IMG/VR virus record: IMGVR_UViG_3300049440_000066
Span: 1 to 55,303 of that record
Strand: one strand, 5' to 3'
Source: a virus
Lineage: Duplodnaviria > Caudoviricetes
DNA length: 55,303 nucleotides
Shown piece by piece: positions 52,341 to 55,303 of this stretch. The notes beneath the pieces are model-generated. The model worked only from the letters and a program-made list of their open reading frames with translations, had not been told where the DNA came from and did no database searches. Numbering within the stretch: the stretch's first letter is position 1; each line of letters starts with the position of its first letter. The translations under genes were made by a program, and so were the position numbers.

Positions 52341-53362
52341 AAGCCGCCCTCGTCGTCACTTCGATCAACGATTGCACCGAACTTCTGAACGGCTACCTCG
52401 CCAACTTTGCAAAGTATGGACGCCAAGCGAAAATATTCCTTATCCCCGACAAGAAAACTCCCAAGCAGGAATTGCAACATTGCGCCATTGTCCCAACGAT
52501 TTCCGGGCAGCAAGACTTCCTATCGCGGGTTGGATTTCCGTACGAAGACATTCCCCTGAACTCCGACAACCGGCGCAATGTCGGCTATCTCATGGCTCTC
52601 GATTCTGGCGCGGAAGTGATCGTGTCCATCGACGATGACAACTACTGCCCGAAGGACGAAGATTTCATCGCGCAGCATAGACTACCAATGGGTAGCCATT
52701 ATCCTTCGACGGATACGCCGTGGGTTAATAATTGCGATCTTCTGTTCCGCAAATGCGTAGCCTATCCGAGGGGATTTCCATACTTTGCCAGAAACTACAA
52801 AAAAGTAAGGTATGAAAGAGTCCACGATCTATTCGAGATTCGCATAAATGCAGGGATGTGGATTGGCGATCCCGATTTCGATGCAATCACTTGGTTGTCG
52901 AATCCTCCAACGACAGCTACGACTTCAAAAGAAATAACATTGGGAAAGAATGCGTGGTGTCCGATCAACTCCCAAAACACAGCCGTCCACCGCGACCTCA
53001 TGCCCGCGTACTACTTTATCCGCATGATTCCCCCGAGTGACCGCTTCGGTGACATCTTTCAAGGCTACTTCGCCCTCAAGGTCGCAAAGCACATGGGCTG
53101 GACCGCACGCTTCGGCTCGCCCGTCGTGACCCATCGCCGGAACTCGCATGTCTACCTGAAGGATGTGCAAAAGGAAATCGAACCGATCCTCATGCTCGAA
53201 GAACTGCTTCCCAAACTCATCGAGCACAAACTGACCGGAACCACGGTCCACGAAAGCTACTTGTCATTGGCTGACTTTGTGGAAAGCCAGGACACGGAAT
53301 TTTATCGAGGAACCGCGCGTCTCATGCGACAATGGGCGGAGACGTGCAAACGAATTGGCTGA
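52337..53362 (+). CDS. RGP/UDP-arabinopyranose mutase (GT75)/STELLO-like protein
   Basis: RRNVGYL, IDDDN, PRGFPY, GMW.GDPDFDA, PINSQNTA, RFGDIFQGY...K. Confidence 0.8.
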   Translation: MKAALVVTSINDCTELLNGYLANFAKYGRQAKIFLIPDKKTPKQELQHCAIVPTISGQQDFLSRVGFPYEDIPLNSDNRRNVGYLMALDSGAEVIVSIDDDNYCPKDEDFIAQHRLPMGSHYPSTDTPWVNNCDLLFRKCVAYPRGFPYFARNYKKVRYERVHDLFEIRINAGMWIGDPDFDAITWLSNPPTTATTSKEITLGKNAWCPINSQNTAVHRDLMPAYYFIRMIPPSDRFGDIFQGYFALKVAKHMGWTARFGSPVVTHRRNSHVYLKDVQKEIEPILMLEELLPKLIEHKLTGTTVHESYLSLADFVESQDTEFYRGTARLMRQWAETCKRIG

Positions 53363-53415
53363 GGCGCGGCTAGGTCTGGCTCGTCCTGCTGCGGTGAGTT
53401 TTGGCATGGTGAGGT
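53361..53415 (+). repeat. Degenerate pentamer array (NNGGY)x11
   Basis: GAGGC GCGGC TAGGT CTGGC TCGTC CTGCT GCGGT GAGTT TTGGC ATGGT GAGGT. Confidence 0.75.
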
Positions 53416-53422
53416 TTAATTT

Positions 53423-54781
53423 ATGGCTAAAGTTATTCTAGCTGGCGGCCCGAGTTTTGCCTTGTTCAATCCGAGCTTGCACGCCTCCCTCGGTCTGCTC
53501 TATCTCGGTGCGGCTCTCCGCGAAGCAGGCCACGAAGTTAAGATCATCGACTGCCACCGTATCTCGACATTCGATCCCGAAACGAACAAGCTGAAAGTCG
53601 ATCCCGACAAGATGGAAGAATGCGACATCCTCGGCGTGTCCATCGTCACTCCAAATGCCGAGTTTGGCGGACAACTCGCCGCGCTCTGGCCCGCGAAAGT
53701 AAAAGTGGCCGGCGGTCCTCACGTCACCTACATCGTAGATGGTCCTCATGCCCAGTTCAAGCAGAAGAAATACTTCGATGGCTTTGATTTCCTGATGACC
53801 GGAGAGTGCGAGGAATCGTTCGTCGATTTCTGCAACGCTTTCGACAAGGGCGAGGACGTAACCAAAGTGGCCGGAGTCGCGTGGTTCAATCCGTTCGGGA
53901 TGCAGCACAATCCGACTCCGCCGCTTCCCGACGTGACCAAGATGTCAATTCCGGCTTACGACCTGTGGGAAAACTACTCCAAGGGAGGGCTTCAAGTTGC
54001 CTCTATCCACGGACATTCTATTGATGCCTCTGAACGTACTATCGGCTCTCTTTGGACCGCGCGCGGATGTCCTTATGGCTGCTCGTTCTGCGCAGATGCT
54101 CGCACGAAACTCCGGGAAGAAACCTTCGAGCAAATCGAAGCGGAAGTCAAAGCCCTCGCGGAAATCGGCGTCACCGCCCTCCGTGTTTGGGATGACGTTC
54201 TAACCATCAAGGCCAAGCGATGCCGAGAGTTGGCCGCTCTTTTTCACGACTACGGAATGCTCTGGCGCGGCTGGTCGAGAGTCAATCTCATGGACCCACA
54301 ACTCTTCAAAGACCTTGCCAAGCTCGGCTGCACCGAAATGGGCTTCGGCGTCGAGCATGGTTCTCCGAGGATGCTGAAGGCTATGAACAAGGGCACTACT
54401 CCAGAGGCAAATGAGCGTGGCGTGAAAATATGCCAAGATTCGGGAATATCGGCTCGCGTTTATCTTCTGATCGGCTTTCCGGGAGAAACTTGGGAGTCCA
54501 TCGGAGAAATTAGGGACTGGCTGGACCGAGTTCGCCCGGATGCAGCCAGTCTCCATATGTTCCAGCCCTATCCAGGGTGCGAAGTGTGGAACACGCCCGA
54601 AAAGTTTGGAGTCACAATTCCCGCCGAATCTTTCAGTAAGATGTGGGAACTTTGCGACGACGACCCAAGCACGACAGTTCTCGATTTGCCAACCATGAGC
54701 ACGACGGAATTGTTTCAAGCTAGAAAAGAATTGCACGACTGGATTACGGAAAATATCTCCCTTCGATTGGCAACTAGGTGA
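53423..54781 (+). CDS. B12-binding radical SAM protein (class B methylase-like)
   Basis: LGLLYLGAAL...GGPH..GECE; RGCPYGCSFC; GVEHGS; IGFPGET. Confidence 0.92.
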   Translation: MAKVILAGGPSFALFNPSLHASLGLLYLGAALREAGHEVKIIDCHRISTFDPETNKLKVDPDKMEECDILGVSIVTPNAEFGGQLAALWPAKVKVAGGPHVTYIVDGPHAQFKQKKYFDGFDFLMTGECEESFVDFCNAFDKGEDVTKVAGVAWFNPFGMQHNPTPPLPDVTKMSIPAYDLWENYSKGGLQVASIHGHSIDASERTIGSLWTARGCPYGCSFCADARTKLREETFEQIEAEVKALAEIGVTALRVWDDVLTIKAKRCRELAALFHDYGMLWRGWSRVNLMDPQLFKDLAKLGCTEMGFGVEHGSPRMLKAMNKGTTPEANERGVKICQDSGISARVYLLIGFPGETWESIGEIRDWLDRVRPDAASLHMFQPYPGCEVWNTPEKFGVTIPAESFSKMWELCDDDPSTTVLDLPTMSTTELFQARKELHDWITENISLRLATR

Positions 54782-55303
54782 ATCTTAGCGTGGTCATGGC
54801 TGGCCGCAACGATGGATATGGTGGCGGAGACTATCTCTCCCGAATGCACCGATGCCTTGCGAGCGTGGTTCCGCTCGGCTGTGAAATCATCTTCGTCGAA
54901 TGGAATCCGCCGCAAGACAGGCCGACACTCATCGAAAAGATCGGCTACAAGGGTATTCATCTAATCACCGTTTCTCACGATCTTCACTCACGGATGCACG
55001 GCGAAGACCTCATGCCGATGTTCGAGTATCGCGCCAAGAATGTCGGCATCCGGCGAGCGAAGGGCGATTGGATTCTAGTAATGAACTCGGACATCGAACT
55101 GACCGAAGCGATGCGGGTGAGGCTCCAAAAAGAACTCTACTGCGATTATATCTACGGAGCCAAGCGGCACGACATTCACCTTGGAACGATTGTTGAGGTA
55201 CGCGACGGGCCGGGAGACTTCGTTCTGATGAGCCGGGAGAACTGGCATCTCCTTCGAGGCTATCTCGATCTTGTGAGTTACACACATATCGACTCTCTCT
55301 TGT
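54778..55303 (+). CDS. 5' part of the origin-spanning GT2-like glycosyltransferase (238 aa on the circle)
   Basis: GTG 54778; LSVVMAGRNDGYGG, EIIFVEWNPP, AKNVGIRRAKGDWILVMNSD. Confidence 0.8.
   Translation, partial: MNLSVVMAGRNDGYGGGDYLSRMHRCLASVVPLGCEIIFVEWNPPQDRPTLIEKIGYKGIHLITVSHDLHSRMHGEDLMPMFEYRAKNVGIRRAKGDWILVMNSDIELTEAMRVRLQKELYCDYIYGAKRHDIHLGTIVEVRDGPGDFVLMSRENWHLLRGYLDLVSYTHIDSLL
55177..55303. repeat. Terminal direct repeat, copy 2
   Basis: Identical to 1-127. Confidence 0.97.

Noticed and set aside
55177-55303. 127-bp terminal repeat as a biological phage DTR
   Set aside because: It falls mid-gene and 127 is a common assembler k-mer size, so it is most simply the circular overlap. 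It supports completeness only.
1-55303. tRNA genes or stop-codon reassignment
   Set aside because: No cloverleaf was recognised by eye. Genes are full length and coupled under the standard code, with all three stop codons in use.

Overview
The window is an apparently complete circular dsDNA phage genome. Bases 1-127 recur exactly at 55177-55303, which gives about 55,176 bp unique. The virion module is podovirus-like (P22/T7-type gene order): terminase, portal, scaffold, major capsid, adaptor, nozzle, GNAT, four ejection-type proteins, fibre-like proteins, then a Tlde1-type lysin with holin-like genes. A minus-strand early/middle region carries ERF recombinase, an AAA+ clamp-loader-like ATPase, a C5-methyltransferase-like gene, a PAPS-reductase-family gene, VRR-NUC, HNH genes, an Arr-like ADP-ribosyltransferase and an Acb2/Tad1-like sponge. 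I recognised no integrase, DNA polymerase, helicase/primase, tRNA or CRISPR. The main points of interest are as follows. (1) An RHH-led glycan-synthesis operon spans the origin: NDP-sugar dehydrogenase, methyltransferase, RGP/UDP-arabinopyranose-mutase-like protein, B12 radical SAM and 4-5 glycosyltransferases. (2) The same genome has five Ser/Thr/Cys-rich tail-region proteins with Sec-type signal peptides. (3) A family of tiny basic proteins in the head and tail modules shares a C-terminal Arg-Arg tag, and one of them is a half-rubrerythrin. (4) Early genes are arranged as cassettes bounded by 10-24 bp direct repeats. (5) There is a duplicated covarying RNA hairpin, a shared operator and several leaderless promoters. 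All calls come from motif recognition by eye, and no database searches were run.
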